IMG/VR virus record: IMGVR_UViG_3300002123_000001 | Length of the DNA stretch: 64,000 bases | From: a virus | Reading direction: 5' to 3' (one strand) | Part shown: one piece after another, positions 15,394 through 25,536 of the stretch | Layout: every line of letters starts with the position of its first letter | How positions within the stretch are numbered: position 1 is the stretch's first letter | Notes under the pieces: model-generated | Databases searched by the model: none | Told to the model about the DNA's origin: nothing | What the model saw: the letters and a program-made list of their open reading frames with translations, nothing else | Position numbers and translations under genes: made by a program

Positions 15394-18300
15394 TTATCCC
15401 AGAATAGCGGTGGAGAAGAGGAGCGAGGTGACGTAGCGCTCCACCTGCTGCCGCTTTTCCAGCCTAGTATCCAACTGAGCCGCTGCCGTATCGTCGCGCT
15501 TGACGCCGATGATAGTAGAGATTTCTGCGTCCACCAACCCGAACAAGTTCTGGTACGGGCCGAACGCCCTCGAGTGAAACCCCTCCACTCCAGACACTAT
15601 GACTTCCCCGTCTGCTGAGTACTCCAGGTCGTGGCTGCCGAACATGTCCAACATCGAAGCGATTGGACGCCACGTGTAGGCACCAATGAACTCATCCACG
15701 TCGATGCCAGCGCGCTTGATGTAGGAGTACAACGTGGTCAGGTACTCAGACGCGTCCTGAATGGAGGCGCCTTCATCCAGCAGAGGAAGCTGCGAAAACG
15801 ACTCATCCCCCGTGGGCCTTCCACGCTCCTCCATGTCAACCCACATGCCCTCATCGTGTAGCTGAGCATCGGTGCGCCCATAGTCCTGCACTACCTGTGG
15901 GTCCGTGATGGCCCCGGTGGATAGTAGGTCCTGGTACACGCCCCCAATCTTCTTGTTGGTCCATAGCGAGCCGTACCATCCGGGCCTGATGTACTCCTCT
16001 GCTGGTAGCTTCATTTCCTCTACGCGGTACCTGGGTATCTCTTCCGTTATCTTGTACGCGCTGAAGATGATCGACCTATCTGGGTCATCCACCACCGCCA
16101 TCACAGCTTCAGAGCCTGTCTCATTTGCGGTTGTTGGGATGCCCACAGGCACATTCGCCCTGCGCCAGATGGTTGTCTTCCTCTCGCCAGACGAGAAGTA
16201 GGGGACGTCGCTTCGCCCCATGTACTCCATTGTGGCGTCGACAACGACCACGATCTTCCCACCGTTGGGCCCCAGCGAGAACAACGCCGGCGGCGTGAAC
16301 GCGGCGATGACCGTTGTCTTCCGCGCATCTCCGCCATCAACACGACGGCGCACGCGGTCTGCCTCCGGCACAGTGCCAAGGAGCTCCACGTTCTCTTCTG
16401 GCTGACGAGGGAAGGTGATGGTGATGTTGGTGGAGCCCACCTGTTCTGGGTTGGATACCTGGTGCACCACCTGCGTGAAGTTTCCCAAGAAGCTGGTCCC
16501 CAGCGCTGCAGAGCTCTCTATGGTGGGCAGGTCCTTCCCCGTCATCTCCGCCACCTGAGCTCGAAGCTCCGCGTGCCTGGCCAGGCTTTCTTCATCTACC
16601 CACCGGTCTAGTATCAACCCCGGCATCCCTACGGCCACGTACGGGTTGAACTTGCCGTCTACAGTCATCCGGCGAGCGTTAAACCGATGCCTGAAGTACA
16701 GGAAGTTGGCCGTACGCTGCGCCAACCCCACCTTCTCTAGCCCGTCTCTCTTCTCCCCGAACGTACGAGAGGCGAAGACGTTGAACTCCCCCATCTTCTC
16801 GAACACCGGGAGGATGCCGGTGAATCGCTCGTGCATCAGCAGCCCATTCTTCAGAATGGTCTGCCACTTCAAGCGGTCCTTTGCTGTCGTGTCCCCCTTT
16901 GGAGAGAAGTAGAACTGGTCGGTGAACATGTTCTCACCAAGCAGCTCATCGTTGGTCTTGAGCATGAAGCGCGTGGGCTCCTGCAGCAGCATCCGTTGAT
17001 AGCTCAGCGTGCCGTACTGCTCTGGGAATAGCACGTTGCATCGAGGAGGCGCGCAGAACCACACGTCTGGTCGGAACAAGTGCTGAAACAGCTGAGCTGG
17101 GCGGCGGTCGGCGCCCGTGCCCATCAGCGTGGTCGACTCAAATGCTATCCGCAGCTCATCGATGGATGCCTTCAGCTCCGCCTCCGCCTCCGTAAACTTC
17201 AACTTCTGAACGGCGGTGACAGCACGACCGAACTTGGTAGCCGCCACGCTGAACTTCGATGGCATCGGCTCCGGTACGCCGCTCATCCTGGCACGAGACT
17301 GCAAGAGCTGCTTTTGCATGTCCCGGATGCTGTTCACCCAAGAGCTCATGATAGCTCTGTGCTCAGACGGTTCGAGCGGTGGCCCCACGCGAACGCCAGC
17401 AATGTCCTCCATCGTAAGTTGCGCGGCGCTGGCAATGTCCTGCGCCACCGTACAGAACTGACCGAACTGCGGGTGGTCCTTCATCGATACGCGGCGCGTA
17501 CCCGTTGGTGAGTTGTTCGAGCCGGGGCGGTACTTTGGGCACGGCTGAGGGTACATCTCGTAGAAGATGATCTTCGACAGCGACGTGATCGCCTTGCGGA
17601 TACTAGTGAGCCCTCCGCCACCGCCAAGAGAGCGGTTGAATAGCCCCGTGTACCCCTGAACTCGTAGCAGCCTCTCACTGGTTTCATCCTTGCCGGCGCA
17701 GCCAATGAGCTGCGTCAGATGCACGCGCAGCTCGTTGTAGCTGAAGAAGATGTTCTGACCCGCTACCCGCTGTGGTGCTTGCTTGCGGTCTCCACCAGGG
17801 AACACGTAGTAGCTGCCTCCCACCGCCTCCACCAAGCGGATGATGCCGGCAGCCAAGCCCTTCAGGTCTGGGTACGTGTTGCATCGCCCAGAGGATACGA
17901 TCTGCGTAATGATGTGCGACTGCCCTGGGAAGAGCATGTCGGTGAACAAGTTGGTGGAGGCGCCGCTGAATACCGCTTTGATGTCGGGGCCAAAGATGCT
18001 GGTGTTGTCCGCCTGGTACGCGGTGTCCCAGTAGTTGGACCAGTCCTCACACTGGAGGATGATAGAGCGGTTAACCGGTGTCTTCGTCCACGTCCAACCA
18101 ACGATCTCTCCTCCAAACAGCAGCTTCCACTGCGATGCTGCTGCGTCCTGTTGAGAGCCGGACATGGAGCCCTCTTGACCAGGCGTTACTGGCTCCACTT
18201 CATTCCTTGGTGAGTCGGTGGACAGCCCGCTCTGAAAGGTGGAGTCAGACCCCGTCGTGAAGATGGCCGGTGACTCCTTATAAATGTCCAAGAAGAACAC

Positions 18301-18471
18301 GTGCACCATGGTTCGCGCATGGAAGCGCGTGGCTTCAGCTAGTGGTGGTATCTGAATGGTGGCTACCGTGGGGCTGTTGGGAGCGGACTGCGTTTGGATA
18401 GCAACAACTGGTACCTCGATACCCTCAAGGAACATCCGCAGCTTCAGTACTTGTGCGTGCGCATTGCTCAC
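15394..18471 (-). CDS. large baseplate/tail-tip-like protein, 1025 aa
   Basis: Long clean ORF downstream of tape-measure-like and hub-like genes; function inferred from position only. Confidence 0.6.
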   Translation of the reverse strand: MSNAHAQVLKLRMFLEGIEVPVVAIQTQSAPNSPTVATIQIPPLAEATRFHARTMVHVFFLDIYKESPAIFTTGSDSTFQSGLSTDSPRNEVEPVTPGQEGSMSGSQQDAAASQWKLLFGGEIVGWTWTKTPVNRSIILQCEDWSNYWDTAYQADNTSIFGPDIKAVFSGASTNLFTDMLFPGQSHIITQIVSSGRCNTYPDLKGLAAGIIRLVEAVGGSYYVFPGGDRKQAPQRVAGQNIFFSYNELRVHLTQLIGCAGKDETSERLLRVQGYTGLFNRSLGGGGGLTSIRKAITSLSKIIFYEMYPQPCPKYRPGSNNSPTGTRRVSMKDHPQFGQFCTVAQDIASAAQLTMEDIAGVRVGPPLEPSEHRAIMSSWVNSIRDMQKQLLQSRARMSGVPEPMPSKFSVAATKFGRAVTAVQKLKFTEAEAELKASIDELRIAFESTTLMGTGADRRPAQLFQHLFRPDVWFCAPPRCNVLFPEQYGTLSYQRMLLQEPTRFMLKTNDELLGENMFTDQFYFSPKGDTTAKDRLKWQTILKNGLLMHERFTGILPVFEKMGEFNVFASRTFGEKRDGLEKVGLAQRTANFLYFRHRFNARRMTVDGKFNPYVAVGMPGLILDRWVDEESLARHAELRAQVAEMTGKDLPTIESSAALGTSFLGNFTQVVHQVSNPEQVGSTNITITFPRQPEENVELLGTVPEADRVRRRVDGGDARKTTVIAAFTPPALFSLGPNGGKIVVVVDATMEYMGRSDVPYFSSGERKTTIWRRANVPVGIPTTANETGSEAVMAVVDDPDRSIIFSAYKITEEIPRYRVEEMKLPAEEYIRPGWYGSLWTNKKIGGVYQDLLSTGAITDPQVVQDYGRTDAQLHDEGMWVDMEERGRPTGDESFSQLPLLDEGASIQDASEYLTTLYSYIKRAGIDVDEFIGAYTWRPIASMLDMFGSHDLEYSADGEVIVSGVEGFHSRAFGPYQNLFGLVDAEISTIIGVKRDDTAAAQLDTRLEKRQQVERYVTSLLFSTAILG

Positions 18472-20501
18472 CGTGGACGTCCTTCACTTTGACGCTGCGC
18501 TCTCCCCATATCCACTTCCCACAAGCGGCTATGGCTGATGTACACGGTGCCATCTGTAGAAGCTCTTGCCTCGTCGATCACCCACTCCTCGAGGGTGCCG
18601 CTCACAGACAACAAGGCGAAGGCGCTCTGCCTACCGCGCACGGAGATTGAACCAGATCCCGAACCGCCGTGAGCCCCCAGTTGCTCCCCACTCGTGAGCG
18701 CCGTGTTGTCTGAGCGCTGCCGCATGAACCGTGAGAACCCCTCCTCTGGGTCATCACTACTTCGAACCTGTGCCGACCGGCTGGCTATTTCCTCTGTCGT
18801 GGGGTTCCTTACCTTACGGTACGTAAACAGGTCTGGGTCGCGGAACCCCGGGTCCCCCGCCCCATTCGCGGAACCGTAGCCGTTGCCCCCGAAGTCGCCA
18901 TACCCAGCCTGCCCGAAGCCCACGCCGCCGTAGGCAGCCCACAGCCCGTAGCCGTACTCGTAGTCCCCTGTGCCCTCCAGATACCGAGGGCGGTTGGCAC
19001 TGAAGCGGTAGCGGGCGGTGTCCGAGCGGCCATACACCTGACCCAGCGGGTCGACGCCGCCATCCGCTCGAGCAACCACCCCAGCCCCCCGAAACCCGCG
19101 GCTGTCGTCCGCGTAGTAGCCGGCGCTCGCGCTGGCCGTAGCCCGCAGCCCCCCGGATGCGCTAGCCCCCAAGCCGGCTGAAGCGGAGGCGGAGGCGCCA
19201 AAGGTCACCAGGTCCGAGCTGCGCCTCCCAGCGCTGAGATTGACGCCACCCGCCCCGCCGGCGCCGCCCCCCATCGAGTACGCGTTCGACGTCGACCTCC
19301 ACGTGTCCGAGAAGTTGGGGCCCAACCCTAAACCAGCCACCACCTGCGGGTCATCGGCTCTACATCCGATGGACTCGAGCGTGTTGATACACGACTGCGT
19401 CAAGTCCTCACATTCCGTTTGCCCAAGAACGGCGGCTTCATTGCCGAGCAGCACTGGCTGCGACTGGTACGTATCCGTGGAGTACCCAGTCCCAGAGAAG
19501 TACGCGCTCAGCACAGGCTCAACCTCCGACTGGCTCACGAACTCATCGCGGTTGTCGGCAATGAGCCCACGAACAGAACCCTGGTTTTGAGCTTCAGTGC
19601 CCCACGGGTCCACGATGCCGTAAGTATCCACCAGCGTCTTCCATACCGCAGGGTCTTGAAGGAACGAGGGTGGCAGCTGCCGTACAACACCAGTGATAGT
19701 GGTTCCTGGATTACCCGGGCTGGATGGGTTGCCAACCAACGTCTTGATCCGCTGCACTTCTCGAGGTATCGCAGTTACTCCATGCGCTGTTTCAGCGGCG
19801 CCCTTGTACGCGCTTTGCAGCTGATAGAACGAGTCCGGAGCCGTCAGCTCAATGCCGTCTGGAATACGCGCTGAGGCACGAACTGGAAACTGCTCCACGC
19901 TATGCAGGCTGATGTTGGTGTACTTGGTGACGAAGAACTTGAACTGCAGCTGAATCTCAGCGGGGAGCTCAGCGTTCTCACCGCACGCGGCCTGAACGAT
20001 ATACCCCTCCACTATGACGTCGTCCCAGAACATGTAGCAGCGAGCACCTAACTCTACTAGTCGCGTGCCGCGCAGGTACTTCTCGTAGTTCTCCCACCAC
20101 TCCGCACGCCAGTTGAAGTCGTGCGTGTTGATTAGCTTGGCCTGACAATCGAGAAACCTGGGGTGCTCCCCAAAGAAGAAGATGTAGGCGTCCCCGAACG
20201 TCTCCACTATCTGGTGACGCTCCATGCGCATCTCCTGCACAGACTGCAGGATGAAGTTGGTGTACTCGCTGGCGTACCCTGTCCTAGAGCTCGAAGTGAG
20301 AAGCGGTAGGTCTCTTCCGTTCGGCAGCACAACGCGCAAGAAGGCGTACGTGTCATCCTTGACCTCGATGCCGCGCGTGGGCCGCCGAACGCTGGGCAAG
20401 CCCGCCCTAGAGCTACGTCCTCCACCAGAAGCCCGACCAGCAGCTTGACTAGCGAAGACCGAGTCGAATGCGTCTGTGACGAGCTCGATGAAAACGGTCA
20501 A
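18468..20501 (-). CDS. tail hub/baseplate-like protein with Gly/Ala/Tyr-rich C-terminal third, 677 aa
   Basis: ATGA overlaps on both sides; position after tape-measure-like gene. Confidence 0.6.
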   Translation of the reverse strand: MTVFIELVTDAFDSVFASQAAGRASGGGRSSRAGLPSVRRPTRGIEVKDDTYAFLRVVLPNGRDLPLLTSSSRTGYASEYTNFILQSVQEMRMERHQIVETFGDAYIFFFGEHPRFLDCQAKLINTHDFNWRAEWWENYEKYLRGTRLVELGARCYMFWDDVIVEGYIVQAACGENAELPAEIQLQFKFFVTKYTNISLHSVEQFPVRASARIPDGIELTAPDSFYQLQSAYKGAAETAHGVTAIPREVQRIKTLVGNPSSPGNPGTTITGVVRQLPPSFLQDPAVWKTLVDTYGIVDPWGTEAQNQGSVRGLIADNRDEFVSQSEVEPVLSAYFSGTGYSTDTYQSQPVLLGNEAAVLGQTECEDLTQSCINTLESIGCRADDPQVVAGLGLGPNFSDTWRSTSNAYSMGGGAGGAGGVNLSAGRRSSDLVTFGASASASAGLGASASGGLRATASASAGYYADDSRGFRGAGVVARADGGVDPLGQVYGRSDTARYRFSANRPRYLEGTGDYEYGYGLWAAYGGVGFGQAGYGDFGGNGYGSANGAGDPGFRDPDLFTYRKVRNPTTEEIASRSAQVRSSDDPEEGFSRFMRQRSDNTALTSGEQLGAHGGSGSGSISVRGRQSAFALLSVSGTLEEWVIDEARASTDGTVYISHSRLWEVDMGRAQRQSEGRPR

Positions 20502-20788
20502 GGCTTCTCCTTGTCGAGATCTACTGCCTGCAGGGCTGGCACAGAGTCATTGTAGTCCACCACATGCACCAGTGGGTGCTGCTGCAGAGCAAGACGGTAG
20601 TTCATCAACATCCTGCGTATCTTCTCATCAGACAGCGTACTCAAGCTGTACATGGTGACGGAGATGTGTGGCATCGGGTGCCTATCCTCATCGAGCTCCA
20701 AGGAGAGAGACTTGATGCACCCAACAATCATACCGTCCACGCTGACCGTGACGGAACCGTCGTCCTTTATGAAGATGGAGAGGGCCAT
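20498..20788 (-). CDS. hypothetical protein, 96 aa
   Basis: ATG ORF, coupled overlaps. Confidence 0.65.
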   Translation of the reverse strand: MALSIFIKDDGSVTVSVDGMIVGCIKSLSLELDEDRHPMPHISVTMYSLSTLSDEKIRRMLMNYRLALQQHPLVHVVDYNDSVPALQAVDLDKEKP

Positions 20789-21057
20789 CAGATGACCACG
20801 CTGCTCTTCAACAGGAAGTCCTTGACGGCTCGAGGCGGCGTTCTTCCTGCGTAGGGCTCTCCCTGGTCCAATGCAAAGGCGGCAGCCTTCACCAGCACGA
20901 AGTAAGGGTCCTCCGGTGCCACCTTATCGCGCGCCACGAAGCGGTAGATGCGCCCGTTCTTCTGCAGAGCGAAGCGCACCTCCGTTCTACACGGTGCAAT
21001 GGCGCACGAGGGTGGTTCAGCGAAAGGCGTGACGCCTTGAAACAAGAGTGACTTCAT
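20788..21057 (-). CDS. hypothetical protein, 89 aa
   Basis: ATG ORF. Confidence 0.6.
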   Translation of the reverse strand: MKSLLFQGVTPFAEPPSCAIAPCRTEVRFALQKNGRIYRFVARDKVAPEDPYFVLVKAAAFALDQGEPYAGRTPPRAVKDFLLKSSVVI

Positions 21058-21059
21058 GG

Positions 21060-24000
21060 CTACTCCAGCTTGATGCCCTTCTCGATCCTTTGATTCAACT
21101 GTTGCAGCTCCGAGTAGATCCCCTTGTCCTTCAAGTCAATGATGCTCTGGTTGATGGTAGTAAGCATCCGGAAGTTGGGGTCCGTCTCTTTGGCCTTGGT
21201 GTCCTGCTTCTCTTGCCCAGCTAGTGTGAGGTCCTTCGAGAAGTCGCGACGCAAGCTAGCCAGCTTCTCCGCCTTCTCTACCTCACCGCCCTTGCCGCTG
21301 AGCACCTCTTGAATGCGCGACGAGAACTCACGCTGCCGATCTCTCCCCACCTTGTCTGACGAAGATAGACCCGTCTCTTCCATCACCCGCTGCGCCAAGT
21401 CAGCAGCCGACATCTTGCCAGCATCCTTGAAGCTGACGCCAGCACCCAGCTGAGACGCAAGGTACTGCCGCTCACCCGCAGCTCCCTTCACCCGGCTGGC
21501 ACTTCTGAAGCCCATGCCGAGCGTGGCGATCTCCACATCCTCAGCTCCCTCTGTCCCAGAGAAGCCCGCTCGTATCTTCTCCTGCCCTACCTTCAGTAGG
21601 TCCTCGAGGCTGAGTCCGGCTCGCCTCTTCCTGTCCGCATCCGCATACCCCGTCGTCAGGCCAGCGTACTCTCTAATGTTGGCCTGCAGCCCTTCAGCCT
21701 CTTGACCAGCTCCCTTACCCAAAAGGGCAGCCCTTTCTTGCGCGCGCTGCCGCTGTCGACGCGCGGCTTCTTTCACCGCCGGAGAAGCATCCGACTTCTC
21801 TATCTGCTCGATTTCCTCCCCGATGTTGATCATGTCGCGCATAGCGCCTTGACTGAGCTGGTTGTGCATGTCCGACAACCGCTCCTTCTGCGCCTGCCCA
21901 ACCCCACCACCAGCCGCGCTGATCAAACCAGCTGCACTTGAACCGCTGGTGCCAAAGCGCTTGCCGAGCTTGTCCATCCAATCCGCAGGGGGCTCCTTGC
22001 CCTGATGCTTCATCTTGTAGTCCATGTACTCGCTGGTCATCAGGAGACCCTTCATGCGAGCCATCTCTATCTGATTGGATGGAAGCTTCATGTCCCCTTC
22101 ACGAAGCTTGATCATCTTGTTCAACATGTCTTCTCTGGCCACCGCTCGATCGGCAGTACTTCCCCCAACCAGACTCTGGAAGTCCTTGAACGATTCGTCA
22201 GAGCGGAACGCCGCATTGAGCTCAGAGAGTTGCCCAGACGTGGCTCCCTGCCCCAGCTGCCCATACAACTGATTAGTCAGGTCCTGCTGAGCACCGCCGA
22301 GGTAATCCTGCGCCAGTGCTCCAGCACGCCCTACTATTCCAGCGGTCATGCCGCCGGTTGCGTAGTTCAACGCCCCACCAGCAGCTCCAAGTATCGACCC
22401 AGGAGCGCCAGCAATCGACTTCGCGCTTCCGTAGGACAGCCCAGAGCCCCACCAGTTCTCAGCCCCTTGAACCCGGTCGCGCATCCCACCAAGAAGCTGG
22501 CCAGCAGCCCCCTTCCTGCCAAAGAGGAAAGCGCCCCGGTCCAAGATGGTCGACGCCGTTCTATCCGGCTGACCACCAACACCAGCCAACCCCTGCAGGT
22601 TGAGCCCAGACATCAGCTGCCTACCAACTACCGAGTCCGCCTCTTCTGAGGACCCGAAGCGCGAGGTACCAGCGCCGAACATCTGCCCTACGCCTCGAAC
22701 TCTATCTCGGTACAAGCCTGCCCCACCGCCGGCATTCATCATCCCGCGAGCTAGACCAGCGCGCTCTTCATTCGTTGCGGCGCCGGCGTAGGCAGCGCTC
22801 AATCCACCGCCTCCCTCCACGCCCTGAAGGAATGAACCGAAGTTGTTCAGGAAGTCTCCGCCAGTACCCTCCACGCCCTGAAGAGCGAGCCTTTCACGCA
22901 TGGCTCCGCGGATGCGGCTTCCATCAGCACCCATCAGTGCACCGCCAGCGACGCTGCCACCTCCAGCGAAGGCAGCTGCAGTACGGGCTGCTTCTAACTG
23001 AGCACGGCCCAAGTCTGCCACGCTGTTGACCTTGGAGAGGTCTACGCCTGCCGCTTTCAGCTCGCCGTACTTGCCGAAGATCATGCGGTCTACTTCACGC
23101 TCTCCAGGTGCCCCATACGAGGACGTTGCTTGAGCTCTGGCGATGCCAAAGGCAGCGTCCATGTTCGACCCGCCGCCGATACCCAAGTCCCTGACCATTG
23201 CGCTCTGGGCTCCCGCTCCACCACGCTCGATGGCGCGGATGGTGCTGGCCAGGTTTCGGTTGATGCGGCGCTCGTACTCCCCAGACATCTTCTTGATGGC
23301 GCCGTCCACCTGTGCAGACCAAGTCTTGTAGAGGTCGGCTCCAAAGCTTCGCAGCTCGTTGTTCACGCGCTGCCTAGCCATGTCGATATCCTTCATCAGG
23401 TCTTCGGGGCTGGCCTTCCGCTCCTGCGTCTCCACATCCTTCAGGTACTGCTGCTCCCCAGCCTGTTCCTCTCTGAAGGTTTGCATGCGGCCGAGGTTTC
23501 GGATCTTCTTCATCATGTAGTCGGCTTCTTCGCGATTCATATTGCCGATGCGCTGAAGAGCCAGTCCACCACGTCCGTCTTTATCATTTACGTCGATGCC
23601 CCTCTTCTGTAGTTCCATGGAGTAAAAGCTAGCTTCAATATTGCCCCCTCCAGCGGCCAGCGCTTGACCACGAAGCTCGCCCTCTCTACCCAAGAACCCG
23701 TACACGTTCTTGTTAACGTTCTGGCGCCCCCTAGCATAAATATCAGAGGCGGATGCGCCCCCGGATAGTATGGTCTGTAGAGCTCCTTGATCTACGTTGC
23801 CACCTTTACCTGTTGTGGCTGCCAAGAAGTAGCGGCCGTGAGTGCTCTTCAGGAAGCGGGCGTCACGCTCCATGTCCTGTTGAGCCAAAGCCATGCGCCC
23901 CTCGGCGCCGCTCATGCCAGTGACGTTGTACACGTCCTGCTCACCGATGATGCCCATGTTACGCATGACGCCGATCTGCGTCATCGTCTCCACGCCTGCC

Positions 24001-24788
24001 ATCGCACCGTGGATTCCCTTACCACCGATGCTTCTTGAGATCTGAGACCCCATGAGCGCTGCGCTGGAGAGCTCACCCATCGACATGTGCTGCCCACCAG
24101 CAAAGGCCCCGGAGGACATCCCCTTCAGAACCATCTGCTGCGTGCCCATGCCGAAGACGCCAGACCCCTTCATCGAGGTCATCATCTTCTGAGCTTCCTC
24201 GAGGGACGTGCCCAGGTCGGTGGCAACCTGCTTGACCGTCTTCAGCATCTCGCGGAACTTCTCGTTGAAGTCCTTCACCGAGCGCACGCTCTCAGACATC
24301 CCCATGCGTCCCATGTTCGACGCCAGCCGACCAAGCTCCTCAAAGGTGACCTGCTCCCCAGAGGGACCGCGCTGCATGGACATCTGCATCATGTCCCGTT
24401 GCATCCCACCCAACTGAGTGGGGGTGAACCCGGCGCCCCCGAACTGGTTCTGGTGGCGGAACGCCTGCCGCATGCTCGCGTCCATCATTTGCTGCTGCTG
24501 GACGCCGTAGGACATCTGCCCCAGCACGCCCCTGCCGATGGCGCTCACGCCGCCCATGAACCCCTGGTTCATCCCCGGCTGGGAGAAGGCGTTCATGGCC
24601 GCGTTCGTGCCGAACTGCATCATCCCCGCGGTGATGTTCTCTCCCTGGGTGGGGACGGGGTGAGTCGTTGCCCCCGGCGCGTAGCCCCCAAACTGGTTGG
24701 AGATCATGGCCGAGTGCTGCATTCCGATCATCGTCTGCTGGTTGAACCCACCAGTGAGCGCGGCAATCTCGGTTGAGGTAATCGGCAT
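21060..24788 (-). CDS. tape-measure-like / internal virion protein, 1242 aa
   Basis: Longest ORF; Gly/Met/Gln/Ala-rich low-complexity plus helical regions; followed by hub/baseplate-like genes. Confidence 0.55.
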   Translation of the reverse strand: MPITSTEIAALTGGFNQQTMIGMQHSAMISNQFGGYAPGATTHPVPTQGENITAGMMQFGTNAAMNAFSQPGMNQGFMGGVSAIGRGVLGQMSYGVQQQQMMDASMRQAFRHQNQFGGAGFTPTQLGGMQRDMMQMSMQRGPSGEQVTFEELGRLASNMGRMGMSESVRSVKDFNEKFREMLKTVKQVATDLGTSLEEAQKMMTSMKGSGVFGMGTQQMVLKGMSSGAFAGGQHMSMGELSSAALMGSQISRSIGGKGIHGAMAGVETMTQIGVMRNMGIIGEQDVYNVTGMSGAEGRMALAQQDMERDARFLKSTHGRYFLAATTGKGGNVDQGALQTILSGGASASDIYARGRQNVNKNVYGFLGREGELRGQALAAGGGNIEASFYSMELQKRGIDVNDKDGRGGLALQRIGNMNREEADYMMKKIRNLGRMQTFREEQAGEQQYLKDVETQERKASPEDLMKDIDMARQRVNNELRSFGADLYKTWSAQVDGAIKKMSGEYERRINRNLASTIRAIERGGAGAQSAMVRDLGIGGGSNMDAAFGIARAQATSSYGAPGEREVDRMIFGKYGELKAAGVDLSKVNSVADLGRAQLEAARTAAAFAGGGSVAGGALMGADGSRIRGAMRERLALQGVEGTGGDFLNNFGSFLQGVEGGGGLSAAYAGAATNEERAGLARGMMNAGGGAGLYRDRVRGVGQMFGAGTSRFGSSEEADSVVGRQLMSGLNLQGLAGVGGQPDRTASTILDRGAFLFGRKGAAGQLLGGMRDRVQGAENWWGSGLSYGSAKSIAGAPGSILGAAGGALNYATGGMTAGIVGRAGALAQDYLGGAQQDLTNQLYGQLGQGATSGQLSELNAAFRSDESFKDFQSLVGGSTADRAVAREDMLNKMIKLREGDMKLPSNQIEMARMKGLLMTSEYMDYKMKHQGKEPPADWMDKLGKRFGTSGSSAAGLISAAGGGVGQAQKERLSDMHNQLSQGAMRDMINIGEEIEQIEKSDASPAVKEAARRQRQRAQERAALLGKGAGQEAEGLQANIREYAGLTTGYADADRKRRAGLSLEDLLKVGQEKIRAGFSGTEGAEDVEIATLGMGFRSASRVKGAAGERQYLASQLGAGVSFKDAGKMSAADLAQRVMEETGLSSSDKVGRDRQREFSSRIQEVLSGKGGEVEKAEKLASLRRDFSKDLTLAGQEKQDTKAKETDPNFRMLTTINQSIIDLKDKGIYSELQQLNQRIEKGIKLE

Positions 24789-24809
24789 GGACCTACTCTA
24801 CCACGCCCC

Positions 24810-24856
24810 CACTATCCGAAAACGTTGAATGTTTTCGGGCATAAAAGCTGTGGAGG
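24810..24856 (+). promoter_or_regulatory. P3, cassette promoter motif
   Basis: CTATCC 24812-24817, CGAAAA 24817-24822, N17, CATAAA 24840-24845, 4 nt, GTGGAGG 24850-24856. Confidence 0.6.
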
Positions 24857-24865
24857 AACAACAGA

Positions 24866-24973
24866 ATGGAACTGATCTTCGCAGTGGAGACCGCTGTAAA
24901 GCTGGTCGCGTTTGCCCTTCACCTCGCCGCGGACGCGCGGGAGAAGAAGCCCGCCGCCAAGGCGGGCGCATAG
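24866..24973 (+). CDS. 35-aa hydrophobic peptide (MELIFAVETAVKLVAFALHLAADAREKKPAAKAGA)
   Basis: Below the ORF-track cutoff; ATG 9 nt after GGAGG; own promoter and hairpins. Confidence 0.5.
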   Translation: MELIFAVETAVKLVAFALHLAADAREKKPAAKAGA

Positions 24974-24985
24974 GCCCGTTGGGCC
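24949..24985 (+). terminator. Tandem hairpins at the end of the 35-aa ORF
   Basis: GCCCGCC-GCCAA-GGCGGGC (24949-24967) and GGCCC-GTT-GGGCC (24973-24985). Confidence 0.5.
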
Positions 24986-24987
24986 TT

Positions 24988-25034
24988 CTATCCCTGCAAA
25001 ACCGAGTAGATACGCGGCATAAGAGCTATGGAAG
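24988..25034 (+). promoter_or_regulatory. P4, cassette promoter motif (long-leader variant)
   Basis: CTATCC 24988-24993, TGCAAA 24995-25000, N17, CATAAG 25018-25023, 4 nt, ATGGAAG 25028-25034. Confidence 0.55.
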
Positions 25035-25074
25035 AGGGACCAACGCCCTCGCAACCTTCAAGGAGACCAACATC

Positions 25075-25398
25075 ATGCAGGCACAGCAAGCACTCGAGAC
25101 GGTGGCAGCGCAGAACGCCGGCGTCACCCCCAACAGCGTCACCCGCGCCCCCGAGGCGCCCCCGGCAGCCCCGGGGATGGTGAACCTCGCTCCGCCCACC
25201 GGGATCGCCGCGGGCGAGTCCTACGGGCTCGGACTCGGACTCGGCGAGGGGTTGGGGCGGTCGTTCAAGCCGAGTTCGTTCGGCGAGAACTACAAGACCG
25301 GCCTGAGCAGCGGACTCGGAATGGCCACGGCCGCCATCGCTGGCGGAGTCCTGTGGGTCGGGGGGAAGGCCGTCATCGGCTACTTCTTCGGCGACTAG
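25075..25398 (+). CDS. small glycine-zipper membrane protein, 107 aa
   Basis: AAGGAG 25060-25065; C-terminal GLSSGLGMATAAIAGGVLWVGGKAVIGYFFG. Confidence 0.65.
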   Translation: MQAQQALETVAAQNAGVTPNSVTRAPEAPPAAPGMVNLAPPTGIAAGESYGLGLGLGEGLGRSFKPSSFGENYKTGLSSGLGMATAAIAGGVLWVGGKAVIGYFFGD

Positions 25399-25429
25399 CG
25401 CCACCGAGGCGGCGACGGCGGAGAAGGAT

Positions 25430-25448
25430 TCCGGGTGTACAACCCGGA
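25430..25448 (+). terminator. Hairpin after 25075..25398
   Basis: TCCGGG-TGTACAA-CCCGGA. Confidence 0.45.
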
Positions 25449-25499
25449 GTTCTTCTTCGTAGCCCCTGTTTCATCTGAGTTCACTCTGAACAACCGGTA

Positions 25500-25530
25500 A
25501 GAAAAAGTTACGTGTCAGTTACCTTTTTCT
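25500..25530. promoter_or_regulatory. AT-rich inverted repeat with internal GTTAC direct repeats (operator-like)
   Basis: AGAAAAAG (25500-25507) / CTTTTTCT (25523-25530); GTTAC at 25507-25511 and 25518-25522; 6 nt before ATG 25537. Confidence 0.45.
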
Positions 25531-25536
25531 CTTGAA

